Origin: Octopus sinensis | Lineage: Eukaryota | Assembly (NCBI RefSeq): GCF_006345805.1 | Contig: NC_043013.1 | Coordinates: 17,236,001-17,300,000, forward strand | Direction: 5' to 3' | Length of the DNA: 64,000 nt | Shown here: in pieces, positions 25,216 through 40,062 of the stretch | Position numbering within the stretch: the first letter of the stretch is position 1 | Layout of the letters: every line of letters begins with the position of its first letter | Made by a program: the position numbers and the translations under genes | The notes under the pieces: generated by a model | The model's input: the letters and a program-made list of their open reading frames with translations, nothing else | Told to the model about the DNA's origin: nothing | The model's database searches: none

Positions 25216-28042
25216 ATAACAGGCTTCTGTCAGTTTCCGTCCACTAAATATATTCACAAGGCTTTGGTCGGCTAGATCTACAGTAGAAGACGCTTGCCCA
25301 AGGTACCATGCAGTGGGACTCAACCCAGAACCATGTCATTCGGAGCAAGCTTCTTACAGCACAAGCACACATTACCTATCTATATATTAGATGTTATACA
25401 TACATCATAAATCCTATGTGTATACATACATAGATATATATATATACACATATTATATATACATACACATATATTTAGTTTCAGCTCAAATTTGTAGCCA
25501 TGATGAAGACTACCGTTTTGAAATACTCCTATTATTGAGAGCCTCCTCTAATAGAGATACACACACATATATATATACATATGTATATATATACACATAT
25601 ATGTATATATATACACATATATGTATATACATGTATGTATATATATATAAGTATACATATATACATGTATATATCTATATATATATAGTGGAGGCGCAAT
25701 GGCCCAGTGGTTAGGCAGCAGACTCATGGTCGGAGGATCACAGTTTCGATTCCCAGACCTGGCCTTGTGGGTGTTTATTGAGTGAAAACACCTAAAGCTC
25801 CTCTTTATATACATATATATAAAGAGGTGAAAGAATACTATTTGCATATGTTTATAAAACTAGAGAGGATGGCTCGAGGACAGAAACTATGACATGTGCG
25901 AAGGAAACTGAAACGACAGCAGCAAGGGAACAACACGGGGAAGTGACTCGATCCCCTTCTCCCCAGTTAACTATGTCTTCAACTACACTTCATTACATTA
26001 TATATATTATACATGCGTGCACACATATACACAAAACTATATACCCCCATATGAGATATGTACTTAACATTCCTGCTCTTTGTTCAGGTTGTTTTGGCAT
26101 CAAAACATTCTTGTTATTCGTGTACTCCATGCCTTAAGCATAAAAGAGACACGTCATCTATTTTCATCTAACAGTACACCAAACACCGTACCGTTCTTTA
26201 CTTGTGTTCAACTACATTCCAGTTATTATTAGATTTTGTTGGTCTGTTTTTTTTATATCTATTCCAATCTACTAAACCCTCCCCACCCCACCAACAAAAA
26301 ATCTAACTATTAGTTTTCTCAGACTGTCCAAATAGTATCAAAACGTTCGGCACAAATTGTATGGTGGTATACTATCATGTATTTAGGAAACAAGCAGCAT
26401 GTTGTAAACAAAGCACACAGCAAAAAATAAAAACATAGGACAGAAACCACAACAAACAAAAATAAACAAGACTGGTAAGATTTTGATGAAAAGAAAAGTC
26501 GCAAAGGACCAGGGTTGGTTGAGTTGAGAGGATGATAACGTATTTTAGAAATAATTTACAGTAAATGTAATATAGTAAGCTACAATCAACGGAGATTATT
26601 CAAGTAATTAGCATACAAAGATCCCCCACCTCTTTACTGAGTTAAAAAAAAATAAATAAAACTCAACGACGGAGACATACCTCTAATGAGATCAATTACC
26701 AAATCCAATTTGCAGTTTTAATTGTTCCAAAATATCAATCAAATTATGTTATTCAAGTTACACCCCCCACCCTTTATTTTTTTTTTGTGCCATTTTAAAG
26801 ACGTTTTTGTCTTCTAGTAGCTTGGATTTTATCGCTATAATTGCATAACGTACATGAGAGCCGGCCGTATTTCGCATTTAGTAAGAATGTTCCCTGAGGT
26901 ATTTTTCTCCAGCTATACTAAAATGTAAGATTTGGTACTGACTTTTTGTTTTTTGTCATGAAATGGGTTTACAGTAGAAATGATTAAGAGACAAGACATA
27001 TACCAGAGAGGGATGAGGTGGGAGTGATCTGGAGGTAGCACAAAGCTTTTTACCTCCTACCGAAAGAAATCATTCATTCAATCAACCTCATTACACACAA
27101 AATCGTGAAATTCAGTCAATCGTCCGTCGGAGATATGCGACCAAAAACACAAAAACTGTGCCTGCATGCAGGGGCGCAAATGTTTCAGTTGGGACGTGTG
27201 TTTATAGGTGTATGAAGGCAAATATTGAGTTTCGGTTTTAGTCCTGGTAAACAAATGGCTAAAAGTTTTATAATTGTACAGATTCACTAAACGAGCATGC
27301 ATGGGCATGTGAATGTATGAAAATATGAGTGCATATGCATACAAGAACAGCTGCAGTCTAATGACTGAAACAAGATCTAGCAGAAGAGCAGATTATTTGA
27401 ATGAAGAAAGTGTGATAAAGAAGGATGTACGTGAAATGTGATGAAAGACAACATCAGTAACAGAAACGTGAAGCTGAAACAAAATAAATGCATGTTGGAA
27501 AATAGTGGTAAATACACAAATTTTTGTGCGTATGTGTGTGTGTGTGTATATATATATAAATACATACACACCACATACATATATAGTCACATACATACAT
27601 ATGTACATGCAACCATGCATGGAGCTGATGAAAAGAATTAACTATTTGACCATGGGACTGAGATGAATTTGAAAGAGAGAGAGAGAGAGAGAGAGACAGG
27701 GTGATGGAGGGAAGGCAAAACTCACCACTTGAAGTAAACCCAGAAAGTGGCATAGTTATCTTAAAGTCTAAAATAGATGGATCCCTGCAATGTGTACATG
27801 TTGCATAAAAAGAAAAAAACACCTAAATTCATGCAGACACATTTGTGAATGCCCTGCCTGAAATCTCAGTTTAGCCATGGAAAAACGATTTACATATATA
27901 CAAATACACATCTACATATACATTTATATAAGAAACAGCTTTTCTTTTAGACATTACATTGTAAATACAACATATATATAATATATATATTATATTATAT
28001 TATATTATATTATATTATATATTTATATATATGTCTGTGCAC

Positions 28043-28290
28043 ACCTTTCAATGCAATCAATGTATGCCAGAAGGTCTGCAAATCTAACGGTGGTTTCAAA
28101 AGATATTTTAAGATCCACAAAGATCAGAACTTAACTGCAGCTTTTGGTGGTCCAAATCAGATATGCAATCTATGTGGGTGTCTTTTCAAAGCATTGTCTG
28201 GTTTACAAAGTCACATCAGATGCCTTGATGGTTCTAAGGTGTACGTACAGTAGGTGGTCAAACTCTGCATAAGGAGTAGACAACCACCAC
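28043..28290 (+). mobile_element. LINE (RTE-type) C-terminal zinc-finger remnant
   Basis: VCQKVCKSNGGFKRYFKIH...ICNLCGCLFKALSGLQSHIRC; two decayed C2H2-like units without TGEKP linkers, no splice context. Confidence 0.5.
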
Positions 28291-28609
28291 CACACACACA
28301 TTATTCTTATTGAAGTATAATATTCCATTTTGCAGTAATGATGTTCCAAAATCAGTCACCAATGTTTCTTGTGTTTCTTAGTCATGTCTTCAGGTTGAAT
28401 TGATGTCGGTGAGTATTGCTGCGGACCTAATGTGACTGATGCAGATATTACCATCTAGAAAGTGGCAACATCTGAAAATGAGACTGTAACAGTCTAGAAG
28501 AGGAACTTGGAGAACCTTACTGTTCCATATAAACTGTAACAACTTGTATGAAAAAGACCTCAATAAAAAAAAAAGGTTAAACTAGAAGTCACATTTTCAA
28601 CACACACAC

Positions 28610-28667
<58 letters not shown>

Positions 28668-30400
28668 GTCTATGTACATACACACACATTTACATAAATA
28701 CATATTCATATATACTTAGGAGTGTAAAGAGCATTAACAGAAAAAAAGGTAACTTTGCAAATAAAATTTGTGTCATTCTACATTGTATGTATCCAGATTG
28801 CTCTATGGTTTTGGAGTTGTGCTTTATATGTGGTGTACACACACACCAGTGTGTAATTGCCCACTTCATTTTTGATGGATACAGATGGAGTTCCTATATA
28901 TTACTATTATTATTAGTTGTAGGTGTTGGTGGCTTTGACAGATGAGTAATTGTTGCACGTATAAGACTATGAAATGGCCAACTTTCACAATTAGACTAGA
29001 ACATAGAGGAAGAGAGCTGTGAAACAGTGAGAAAGAAAGATTTTTATAAAATTATAGCAATCAATTTGCAGTAAAAAAAGCAACAGAAAAAATAAATAAA
29101 TTATAAATTATAAACAGAAAACCATTTTCAAAAAATATTTCCATTGAATGAAAAAAATATTTTCACATTCAAAACTATTTTTAAAGAACATTTTTTTCAT
29201 TACGTTTTGAGTGAAAAATAACTGTTGACTTGAGTGAAAAAGAAGGAGAGAGTGAGAGAAAGAGAGAGGCGTGTTTATTTGTGTTGTTCTACGCATTGTG
29301 TCTTGCATGTCAATATGGTTAGGCCTCAAAGAGAAGCGAAGTGTCCTGCCAAAATGTTAAGACCAGCTGCAACTAAAGAAATGGATAAAGAAAAAAAAAA
29401 AAAACATGATTATTTGTGGCACACTGATAAATTAACTGGACAGAATGTTGAGAGCAAGAGAAAGTGTGTGAGTGTGCGCATGTGTGTTTCTCAGGCATGA
29501 ACACAGGATGGTTGTGAGGTGGTTGTGCTGTGGCTGCTAAAACGAAAATGAAACAACTACATGGAATTCATGGCCAAAGATGTGGAAACGTTTCAGTTAG
29601 AAAATTAACACCTATGCACACCCATACATACAAAAGTGGGTAAAGAAAACAAAAAAAAAAAAAGATGAATTTATTAAAAATGTAAAAACGAGAAATTAAC
29701 TAATTTAGAGACACAAAACAGAAACTATCTAGATATATATGTTGCTGAATTATAAGAAAGTATGTATGCATGTAGGCTGTGGTTTTGTGTTTTTAGTCTA
29801 TATTTAATATTAGAAAACCAAATATTTTGACCTCTCCTACGAAATTTGAAGCAGAGATGGATATAGATAACAAAAAAGAAAAACAAGAATTTTCAAAGCT
29901 ATGAAGTTTAGTTTCACAGAGCGGTACTGTATAGAGCAGCAAAATATATGAGTATTGATTGAAAGGCACTTCTTAGAAAAGTCTAATTTATCAGTTTCTG
30001 AAAAGTAGATGTGAAAATCAGTAAGAACTGACATAAAAGCTGATGGCAAATTATATGTAGAATGGACATTTGCTATAAACTATAAACTAAGAGTAGGTAA
30101 GTTCCAGACCAGCTTGGTGTTTTGGGTTTTTCTTTTTTTTTTGCATTTTTCTGTTCCTTAAAACATTCCAGTGAGTCATGCACATTAAGCTAGCTAAAAG
30201 ACAGAGAAAAACTTTAAATTAATATTTTAAAATATTTTTCATAATTTCACTACATTAAACCTGATACAACTGATTTTTATGAACAAATCTGCTTTTTCTT
30301 TTTGATACTTTAAAAGTTTGCTAGAAATAAATATAATTCTGTCTATAAGCCTCACTAAAAAAAAAATTAAGGAATGATTAAGATAAGCTCTCAACAATAC

Positions 30401-30424
<24 letters not shown>

Positions 30425-30441
<17 letters not shown>

Positions 30442-30613
30442 CACATTTTTCTATTTTCTACCCCACCCCTTCTATTTTCTCTCCCTGTTTATTTCTGTGT
30501 TCCTTTCTGTCGAAGAGCATAGGCTCGAAACGTAAAAGACTTTCTCACTTCCCGAGCGTTAAACTAATACGTCTGTTTGTTGTTTACACACCCATCTTCG
30601 TCTTTTGCTTTTT

Positions 30614-30620
<7 letters not shown>
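30425..30620 (+). mobile_element. Short repeat with Penelope-like terminal-repeat features and a hammerhead-like motif
   Basis: CTTT-CTGTCGA-A-GAGC-ATAG-GCTC-GAAA-CG-TA-AAAG; inserted between (CA)n and (TA)n tracts. Confidence 0.5.
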
Positions 30621-30660
<40 letters not shown>

Positions 30661-32454
30661 TTCATTTAAGCAAACTATTTCACTCAGTGGGAGAAGGCAA
30701 AATCTCTCAAAGAACTGGACATCAAGCCAATTTGACATCCTTTTCTTAACTCTGAAAGATCTAAACTTTTACAGTTAAAATACAAATACACAAAAATGGT
30801 TATTAAAATGCACTAAAAGGAACAGGTGAGAGAATAACTGGACAAATAAGATGTCACAAAATCTAGACAGAAATATTGCAAATGGAAGACTATAATGTAA
30901 AATTGAAGAAAACTTCTGATAAATATATATAAGATGTGACCAAACGAAAAACAAAAAAAAAAGACCCTCCCAAGAGTCACCACTTTTGATAAACACTTCA
31001 ACAACAGACACATGATGTACACCAGTCCAAACCATAATGGTAAATGACAAGAAAAATAAAAATAGCTAAACATTACCTACATGAAGACATTGTTACCACT
31101 GCCTAACTTCACAAGTGTTACACAAATGGTTGTGTAAAATATTGGAGCTTTTTCTGCCACATGTTGTATGTAACCATGTGCACAAGTTTAGCTCATACAT
31201 ATTTTTAAAAAAGAGTGGGTAGGACAGTGCCTATAAAGTCGCTTATAATTATTAACAACAGCAGGTGGCTTTGAAGAGATGGATGGCACTACTCATTTGT
31301 AGAGTTTTTTGCTTGTTTCTCCATTTTAGTGTGGTTTAGAAGGGAATTGAAGCAGAATTTTTGTGACTGGATGATCTTCCTGTCACCAACCTATATCTGT
31401 TTTTCAAGTAAGGGATTTATTTTTTTTATTCCTGAAGAATTCAAAAGCACGCAACTAGTAGATGACATATTGACAGGAAACATCAACGAACATCATTGGT
31501 TGCAGATCGACCACAAATAGTGACATCACCATTTGTGGCTGTAGTCCAATGTGGTTTTGTAATCATTTACACACATACATATACATACACACAAATACAT
31601 ATATAGATGCAAATGTATGTATAAGTGGCATCATTCAGTTTCTGACACCAAATTCCCTCACAAGGCATTTGTTGGCCTGAGGCTATCAGTAGAAGAGACT
31701 TATCCAGCAGATAAAAAGAAAAACAGAAAGAAAATATCCTATCCTATGAGGCTGACTTGGGGTTGAAGGGTATCAACAGATGAAATTGCCAGTGTTGTGG
31801 TACAAAGTCTTCAGGATCACTGATAGTGCCATTATTGTATTAAGTGCAATGGTTTCTACTTACACAGGCAGAAGTGAGTTTAGTCAGGTTTGAACCAACT
31901 GCAGTATATTACTGGTACTTATGCTGGAAAGAGGAAAGGCAATACTACTAACTCTAGTGGGATTTGAACTCAGAATGTGGTAGATGAAGCAAAATAACAT
32001 TAAGGCAGCTAACAGAATACTGTACCACATGAAAGACAGAAAATATACTTAACCCATAACAGGAACAAAAGAAAAAAATTACAAAAAGAAAGAAGCCCCT
32101 GAGATTTTTTTTAAAAATGAGATAAAGAAAAAAGAGATTAAGTCTAAACACCTGTAGTTAAATTATTTAGAAAACTTCAAGTAGCGAATTGTATTGTATT
32201 GGGAAGAAAATAAGAAAATGAAAGCTTGGATGGGCTTTAAAGATGTTTTACAATTAAACATTATTATTGTAGATGAACTAATAAATACCTGGTTGTTACA
32301 CAACTAATTAATACTTGAATAATTTACATACATAATCGTGTGTGTATATATGGAAATCATATTTTCAACATCATACACACTCCTTATCGTTAAACTAAGT
32401 TCTTAGGGCAAATCAAATTTTAAAAGTCTAACTAAAGGTCTGTTATGCAATTAT

Positions 32455-32900
32455 AATAATAATAATAATCCTTTCTACTATAGGCACAAGGTAGGAAATT
32501 TGGGGGAGAGAAAATTCAATTACATTGACCCCAGTTCTCCACTGGTACTTATTGACCACAAAAGGATGAAAGGTAAAGTCTACCTCAGTGGAATTTGAAC
32601 TCACAACATAAAGCAGGAAGAAATGCCGCTAAGCATTTTGCCTCGCATGCTAATGATTCTGCCAACTCGCCCTCTTACTACTAATAATGATAATCTTTTC
32701 TACTGTAGGAACAAGACCTGAAATTTGGGGGAAGGGATTAAGTCTATTACATCGACCCCAGTGAGCAACTGGTACTTATTTAATCAAACCCAAAAGGATG
32801 AAAAGCAAAGCTGACCGCAGTGGAATTTGAACTCAGAACACAGTGACAGCTAAGCATCTCATCCAGCATGATAATGATTCTGCCAGCTTGCCACCATAAT
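32455..32900 (-). mobile_element. Two tandem SINE copies (same family as 9506-10320)
   Basis: Reverse complement of the family head and central block, with (TAA)n tails. Confidence 0.8.
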
Positions 32901-33665
32901 AATGAAAATAATAATGGATATTTTTAGGATGGTTTTATGAAAGAGCAACATTTCAATGAGGACGGCATTTCAGAAAAAGTTAATTTCACCTTTTAAAGGT
33001 AACATTTTACACAACACATATGTGTGTGTGTGTGGGTGTATGTGTGTTTGTGCATGCACACATACACACACACATATATATGCATGCACACATACATTTA
33101 AATATTCTTTAAAAAATTATTCTCAAAAAGAAAATTTTAAAATATTATCAAGACGTTAAAAATAAACACATACATTCTGTGTTGTTATTGTTATATACTA
33201 ATTGATAGACAAGAATTTAAAATTTAACTATAAAAAAGAAAATGATTAAGCAGAAAGCTATAAATTAAAATAAAAAAAAACAATTGTACTTTTTCCAAAG
33301 AAAAAGAAGAACCTAGAAGATTTTGTTTTTAATTTCTCCCAAGCAATAAATATTGATTTAAAATTATCGCTGTAATTACCACTAAGTTGATCTGTAAATT
33401 GTTTTGATGGAAAGGTGAGGTTTAAGACAATAGACAATAGTGTATAAGAAAGATTTCAAATTCAATATCAATAATATTCCCAAGTCAAAACATAATTTTG
33501 ATTGCCTGTGGAATTTCAGTAGGTAGGTATAGAGACAGACAGAAGAAAAACCAGAACAGAATTTTAAATATGGAATTCAAAACTGCAATATATATCTACA
33601 ACGCATATATATGTACATACATACAAAACACACATATATGCACACACACACACACACATACATAT

Positions 33666-33672
<7 letters not shown>

Positions 33673-33741
<69 letters not shown>

Positions 33742-33789
33742 TACTATACATATATATAATATATACACATATATATTTATATACACTAT

Positions 33790-33838
<49 letters not shown>
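33673..33838. repeat. Long (TA)n/(CA)n microsatellite; similar tracts at 18320-18372, 28610-28663, 37860-37912, 47340-47437; (TATG)n at 54310-54460; (GT)n at 11765-11802 and 40006-40044
   Basis: Read directly from the sequence. Confidence 0.95.
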
Positions 33839-33839
<1 letters not shown>

Positions 33840-33843
<4 letters not shown>

Positions 33844-34985
33844 GCCAAAGGTCTCATACTCTCAGGAAAGACTCATTGCAAGCAAGCACAGGTGGAGTCC
33901 CTGCTCAATCTCACCAATGCTCTATTCATGGAACAAGCTGTACTCAGACCAACTAAGGCAAATAACATTCAGGAGCTCTGCTTCACAAACAATATGGACA
34001 TCATTCATGATGTGAAAGTGACGCCGACTTGGATCACAACATAATAGAGCTGTCTCTATTATACAGCCTAAAGGAAGCACCCGAAATCTCTCCAATCTGA
34101 ACTTCTACAAAGCAGACTGGAAATCAATCCAAAAAGAGATCCTCAGAGAGGACTGGCCAAAATGTCTCTCCACACCAAATAGTGACATGAAACTAGAATG
34201 TTTCATGTCTGTTGTGCAAGACACATGCCAGAAATATGTCCCAGAGCACAAGGCCAAAACAAATAGGAGCAAGATCCTCATGAGACAACGGATGAAGGTT
34301 GCAAATCGGCTCAACCAACATCCCAAAAGTAGCAAAAGGTCCCGCCTAAAAACAACACTGATGGAAATTGAAAAAAGGCTGCAACAATCCTATGTGAGGG
34401 AGAAAGCAGACAAAGAAGCCTGGGCTATAAAAAATATTAAGTCAAATCCAAAGGCCTTCTTTCATTACACGGAAGAAACAGCCTCAGTATGCTGCAAGAT
34501 AGGACCCCTCTTCCAAAAGGATGGCTCCCTCACAGACAGTCCAATTAAGATCAAAAGTGTCTTTACCACTCCTGTTGGAACACAGACAAGTGAACGAACC
34601 AGTGGACTTCTTTGCCGCCTCACCTATAACCAGTGAGGCAGTTACAATGGAATACATTGACATTAATGAAGAAGATATACTACTAGCCATAGATGAAGTG
34701 GACACAAACTTAACTGCTGGTCCTGATGGTTTCCGAGCAATCCTCCTCAAATCATGTAAGCATGCCCTGGCAACCCCCCCTCCCGCCAGATTCTCTTCCA
34801 GAGCTTTCTTGCAAATGGCAAACTGCCAAGCAAGCTGAAGGAGGGAATAATATGCCCAATCCATAAAGGGGGAAGCAGAGCAGATGCCAAAAACTATAGG
34901 CGTGTCTCTCTGACTTCACACATCAGCAAAGTCAGATAGTTAAAAGGAAACTAATCGCATTCCTTGAAGAAAATAAATTAATGAT
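33840..34985 (+). mobile_element. CR1/L2-group LINE ORF2 remnant (APE endonuclease end to RT start)
   Basis: [85 protein letters not shown]; frameshifted. Confidence 0.85.
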
Positions 34986-36099
34986 CACCATTGTTTTACT
35001 TTTACATTTCAAACTGGCATGGGTTAGAGTGGTTGAAACAGTCCAAGTTACCTCCTATATAGACTATAGACTGGAGCTCATACGTGTCATTTGACAGGAA
35101 CCTTTCCTGATGCTAACCACTACAAAGTGTACTGGTTGTATTTCCTTGTAACAACAAACACTAAAGTTAAGTTGTCCTTTGGTTACCAGGTAAGTTCTTG
35201 CGAAGAGGCAGGAACGACCAACTTTTCACCATCGTCCCAGCTCAACTTTCAGCAATAAAAAGATGCATGCACTTTGGGAATATGCATGCATTATCATTAT
35301 TGTCTTCTGACTCTAGGTTCTGAGCTCAAATCTTCTCATGGTTAACTGTGCCTTTCAGCTTTCCTGGATCAATAAAATATAGTACCAGTCACATACTGAA
35401 GTACTTCTCTATCTTTCAATACATCTCAATGCTTCTAAAGCAAACTCTGTTCATTTACTTTCATCGTAAGTTTATATATATATATATACATATATATATA
35501 GTGTGTGCAAGTGTAAGGAGAGAGAAAGAGAGATAGGGGGAGTGTTTATTATGACTAAAAAAGAAGTTTCATGTAACCATTAGAGAACAAGTGAGCTAAA
35601 CTGAAATATTTACCACTGTCTTAGTTGGACATTTAGAGCTCACTTAAGAGTGACAAATTATAAGAAATTGACAGAAAGAGAAAAAAGCATGTGAAGATGC
35701 TTTTCAAATAAAATTTTTTAAAAATTTAACAGTACCTCATAGATGTTAGTTTGGGTGAAAATGTAATGCCTGATAAGCAGAATGATGATCTAGCCTACCT
35801 CCAAAGTAACTAGTCTATTCAATCTCTATTAATAGATACAAACACTAAGAACATTTGTAATTAGCCTTCATACTCTCCCTCATATCATTACATATATGTG
35901 CATGTGTGTTAATATAACCATATGTTACTTGTACAGCAAAGAAGACTCTTTCTACATTTATATTTCAAGTTGAGAAATCCACTGTTCCATATTTATTTGC
36001 AAGTAACCTATAAACAACACTAAATTTCTCAACTTGAATACAAATTTGATACATAGGCTCATATTCTGTAACCAAAAGTATTGACAGGAAAAAAAAGCT

Positions 36100-36630
36100 T
36101 CTCCTGGGCATGTGATGAATACTTCAAACTCCTACGAGACAGATGTCTTCACTATTCAGAAGATGATATGTGATTAGCAAAAGAGATAATGATGTTTCCA
36201 GACTTCCAAACTATGGTAGAATATGTCAAATAAGCCTACCAGTGAGGAAGATAGCGCCCATACAGCTGTTCAAAAATGTCCACAAGGTGCCATCTTCCCA
36301 TAAGACATGGCTTTGTTGCCAAAACTATTAAAAATGCTATCCAGAAGATTGTCCTGAGAGTCATACTAAAGATGTGCTAGAACCACAATGCATCCACGTT
36401 TAAAAATAAGAAACACCAGTGGGACATTACAATAAAATGGCAATTCTGGTGCAAATACAACAGGCCTAATATAATTTGATAAGGAACAAAATTCATGCAC
36501 TCTTGTAAGATATCAGCTGCTCAGAAGATGCGAGAAAAACGATAACAACTATAGTAAACTTATACAGAACATACAGCTCCCGTAACCTGGCTATAGATTC
36601 TCATTTATATTCAGTTGGATCATAAGTGCA
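36100..36630 (+). mobile_element. Possible R4/Dong-type LINE restriction-like endonuclease remnant
   Basis: Frameshifted motifs WDITIK..KYNRPNII..CTLV.DISCSED..PGYRFSFI resemble the RPD/PD-(D/E)xK C-terminus of RLE-type LINEs. Confidence 0.4.
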
Positions 36631-36889
36631 ATGGGCTGTAACAACAGATTTGCAAAAAAAAAAAGCAAGAAATTCTGGGAATTTGAAGATTTTCTTTTAA
36701 GAATGAACAAAGCAAACTGACAAATTCAATTGATTTGGGGTACAGTGAAGATTTATAAAACGTTCCAAAAATTCTGGACCTGAGTTTTCTGGAATTAATG
36801 AATATATATAAACTCACACACACACACAAAATCACTTGTACTTAGGGTGTATACATACAGTCACATGAACTGATGGCATATACACATGA

Positions 36890-36924
<35 letters not shown>

Positions 36925-37149
36925 AACAATCACATACACTTATGTAGTAAACAGACATACATACCACTACATGAGAAGTACATAGATCCATAGTCAAACA
37001 CATATACCCACTTTAACTCATATATTCACAACTCTCTAGAATTGTCTTGACTAAAGCAAAAAAAAAAAAAGCTTTGTCAGTTTCTTAATGATTCACCTCA
37101 GTTCTGTGAAGAACTTAACAAATCTCAAAGAAAGAAACTCAATGCAAAT

Positions 37150-37180
<31 letters not shown>

Positions 37181-37857
37181 TATGTTAAATACAGACATTC
37201 ATTTGTACACGTACACACACTTACATATACATAAACAGGCATAAACACAAACTGACACATGTCAAGCACACATGAAAAAATGCCAAAATTTCTCTAAGCT
37301 ACCAAAGAGGCTTACTTCAGCACAACACGTTATAGTATAGATAAGAATACAAGTATTTCGGTATAGAAGACAAAGATAAAAAGCCATGCTAAGAATCGGT
37401 AATGTAAAAACCTACTGACAGTTAGTTGAAAGCTTTATTTTTTACATTTTTTTTTTTGTTTTGTTTTGTTTTGTTTTACCCGCAAGCTGGATTTTGAAAT
37501 TTTAGTTAAGATAACCAAATATTTATGCTGAGTTGAATAACATGAAGAAATTCTATGGAATAAAAAAATGGACAGATGGATGCCGGGCAAATCTACGTTA
37601 ACACCTGAGAAATAAACCTGAAAATGCTTCTTCATGGTAGTCCGATAATGGTGAACCATTTTTTTTTCTTTTTCTTTCAATCAAAACTGCTTACATTGAA
37701 TCTAGATTATATACACATACAGAAACACACACATGTAGATTTCTCTCTCTTTCAATATATACATAGAGACAGTGATTATATCTAGATCAGGTCTTGAAAT
37801 ATTTTTTTTGTGTCTAAACAAAAGCAGTTCACACTAAATAGAACCACCAAATGAATA

Positions 37858-37918
<61 letters not shown>

Positions 37919-38806
37919 ACATATGTTTGTATATTTATGTATGATAGACAGACAGACAGTCAGTCAGTCAGATAGAAATATATATAGGTGGGGGGCAGTG
38001 CCATCAATTTCCTGTGAATCGACACAAGAGTAATATTTGAAGAATGGAGGGTATCATAAATTAAACATTGCTCCAATAGGACACTACTATTAACAATATC
38101 TTTTTCGTTGCCCCAAGAGTAATGAAAGGCTGTTGGAGGCAAGATACTCAGGATAACATAGACCAACTACTGTTAAAGTCATCTAGCCTGATGCTTTTAC
38201 ACACACACACACAAGCACTTATAAATTTTGATAAGACAGGGAACATTCAGAAACTAGAGTAAATGAGAAGAAAAAAGTAAAATGGCAAAAGAAAAAAAAT
38301 AAAGGAATAAAAAATATTGGCAAATTTATAAAAAATATCCAAATCAGGTTTGGTGTTTCTTTTTTTCTGTTAAATTGAACATCTTTTTAGTGAAATATAT
38401 CATCTCTGTTAAAAGGAAGGACGACAGAGATATTTCGATGACATTGAATATAGTGCCAATAATAACTTACTTTGCATATCTTGTCTAAAAAATATAGAAA
38501 GTTGGGGAGACAACAAATGCATGCACGCACACACAAATCCTTTCTCTTCAGTATAAATTACTCTTTGGTTTCCTACTTCTTTGCTTTGTACCTACCCGTG
38601 CTATTAATGAAGGCTTGTCATTAAAAAACCAAGGTCTTTCACTCCCAAAATGATAATGGAAAATAAGAGCTCAGGCAAGGGCTCTCCTTTTACATATACA
38701 GATATATATGAACACAAACACGCATATACATACACTGCACACACGGCGTTAACAGAGCATGGTTACAGGCTGCTGGTTACAACCAGTAAAACCTCTATCT
38801 ATTTAG

Positions 38807-38841
<35 letters not shown>

Positions 38842-39743
38842 TGTATGTATATGTGCGTTTTATAAACCATATATCTTTTGTTACATTTTCCTGTGAACCT
38901 ATTTCCAACATCCCATGGCCATTCTGTAACAAAGAGATAAAGCTATTTGATACTTATTTTGCTGAGAATTTGCGCTGTTTTGGTTTATGATAGGTATGTT
39001 GCAGTTGTTGTTGTTGGTGGTAGTGGTGGTAGAGATGATGGTGATAGTTATTAAAAAAAAAGCTATGGACTGTGAGTGAATGTAGAAAGAATGACACAAA
39101 GTCATTTCTCTCTAGTGATGACAGTGAGAATTATATAATATATATATAATACAGTGAAGAGACTGAACAGACAGACAGATAAACAATGACATCATCATTC
39201 AAGATAGCCAGGAATTTTAAAAAAAAGGAGAACAAGACTTTAAAATTAAAAAAAAAAAAATTTTAAATGTTGTCCAGAACAAAGTGTTTCCCTGATTTCA
39301 ATTCGATTTAGAAAAAAATATAAAAGAATAAAGATAAAATAAAATGAAAAAAAAATTAAACTTTTTTTTTTTCAGCCAATTTAGTTAATTAGGCAAGGTG
39401 ATACTTTAATTGACAGTTGTCAACCTTCAGAATAGGTTGACAACACTACTAGGATGGTTGACGAAACGAAAAAAAAATGGTGTGATAAATTAAAAAAAAA
39501 AAAATTATGATTGATTATTAAGGGTGTTGGTTGGTTGGTTGGTTGGTTGGTTGGTTGATAAACTACATGAAAGGGAGAGGGGAGTGCGGAATAGGGAGTG
39601 TGGTGGTGGTGGTGGTGATGGGGAATCAATATATTGCCAAACCACACAGATTTTTATCTATATATATATATCTTTTTTCTTCCCCTGACAGCAGTCAGAA
39701 TTGATTATCATCATCGTCGTCATCATCAACTCAACATCATTAT

Positions 39744-39779
<36 letters not shown>

Positions 39780-39998
39780 AGTTTATATCCCGCACAGATG
39801 TTTCATAGATGAGAGACCAAAGAAAAAAATGGTTATATTACAAACCCACATGGAGAAAAAAAATTCTCCAACCAGAAAAAAAAAAAAAAGAAATGGTTTT
39901 CTGTCAGGTGTGGAATTGGCAACAGTTTAAATACTGAAACATCCGGGAGTTTTGTCTTCCTTTTTGTTGTTTTTTTTATTTGTTTGTTTCAAGTGTGA

Positions 39999-40046
<48 letters not shown>

Positions 40047-40062
40047 AATTCCTTCCCTCTCT

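Noticed and set aside
28043-28250. Member of the expanded cephalopod C2H2 zinc-finger gene family
   Set aside because: Only two decayed fingers, no TGEKP linker, a frameshift and no splice sites; fits a LINE C-terminus better.
33498-34015. Long ORFs rich in YI/TH repeats (also 25391-25847, 47223-47773, 54240-54521)
   Set aside because: These are translations of (TA)n, (CA)n and (TATG)n microsatellites.
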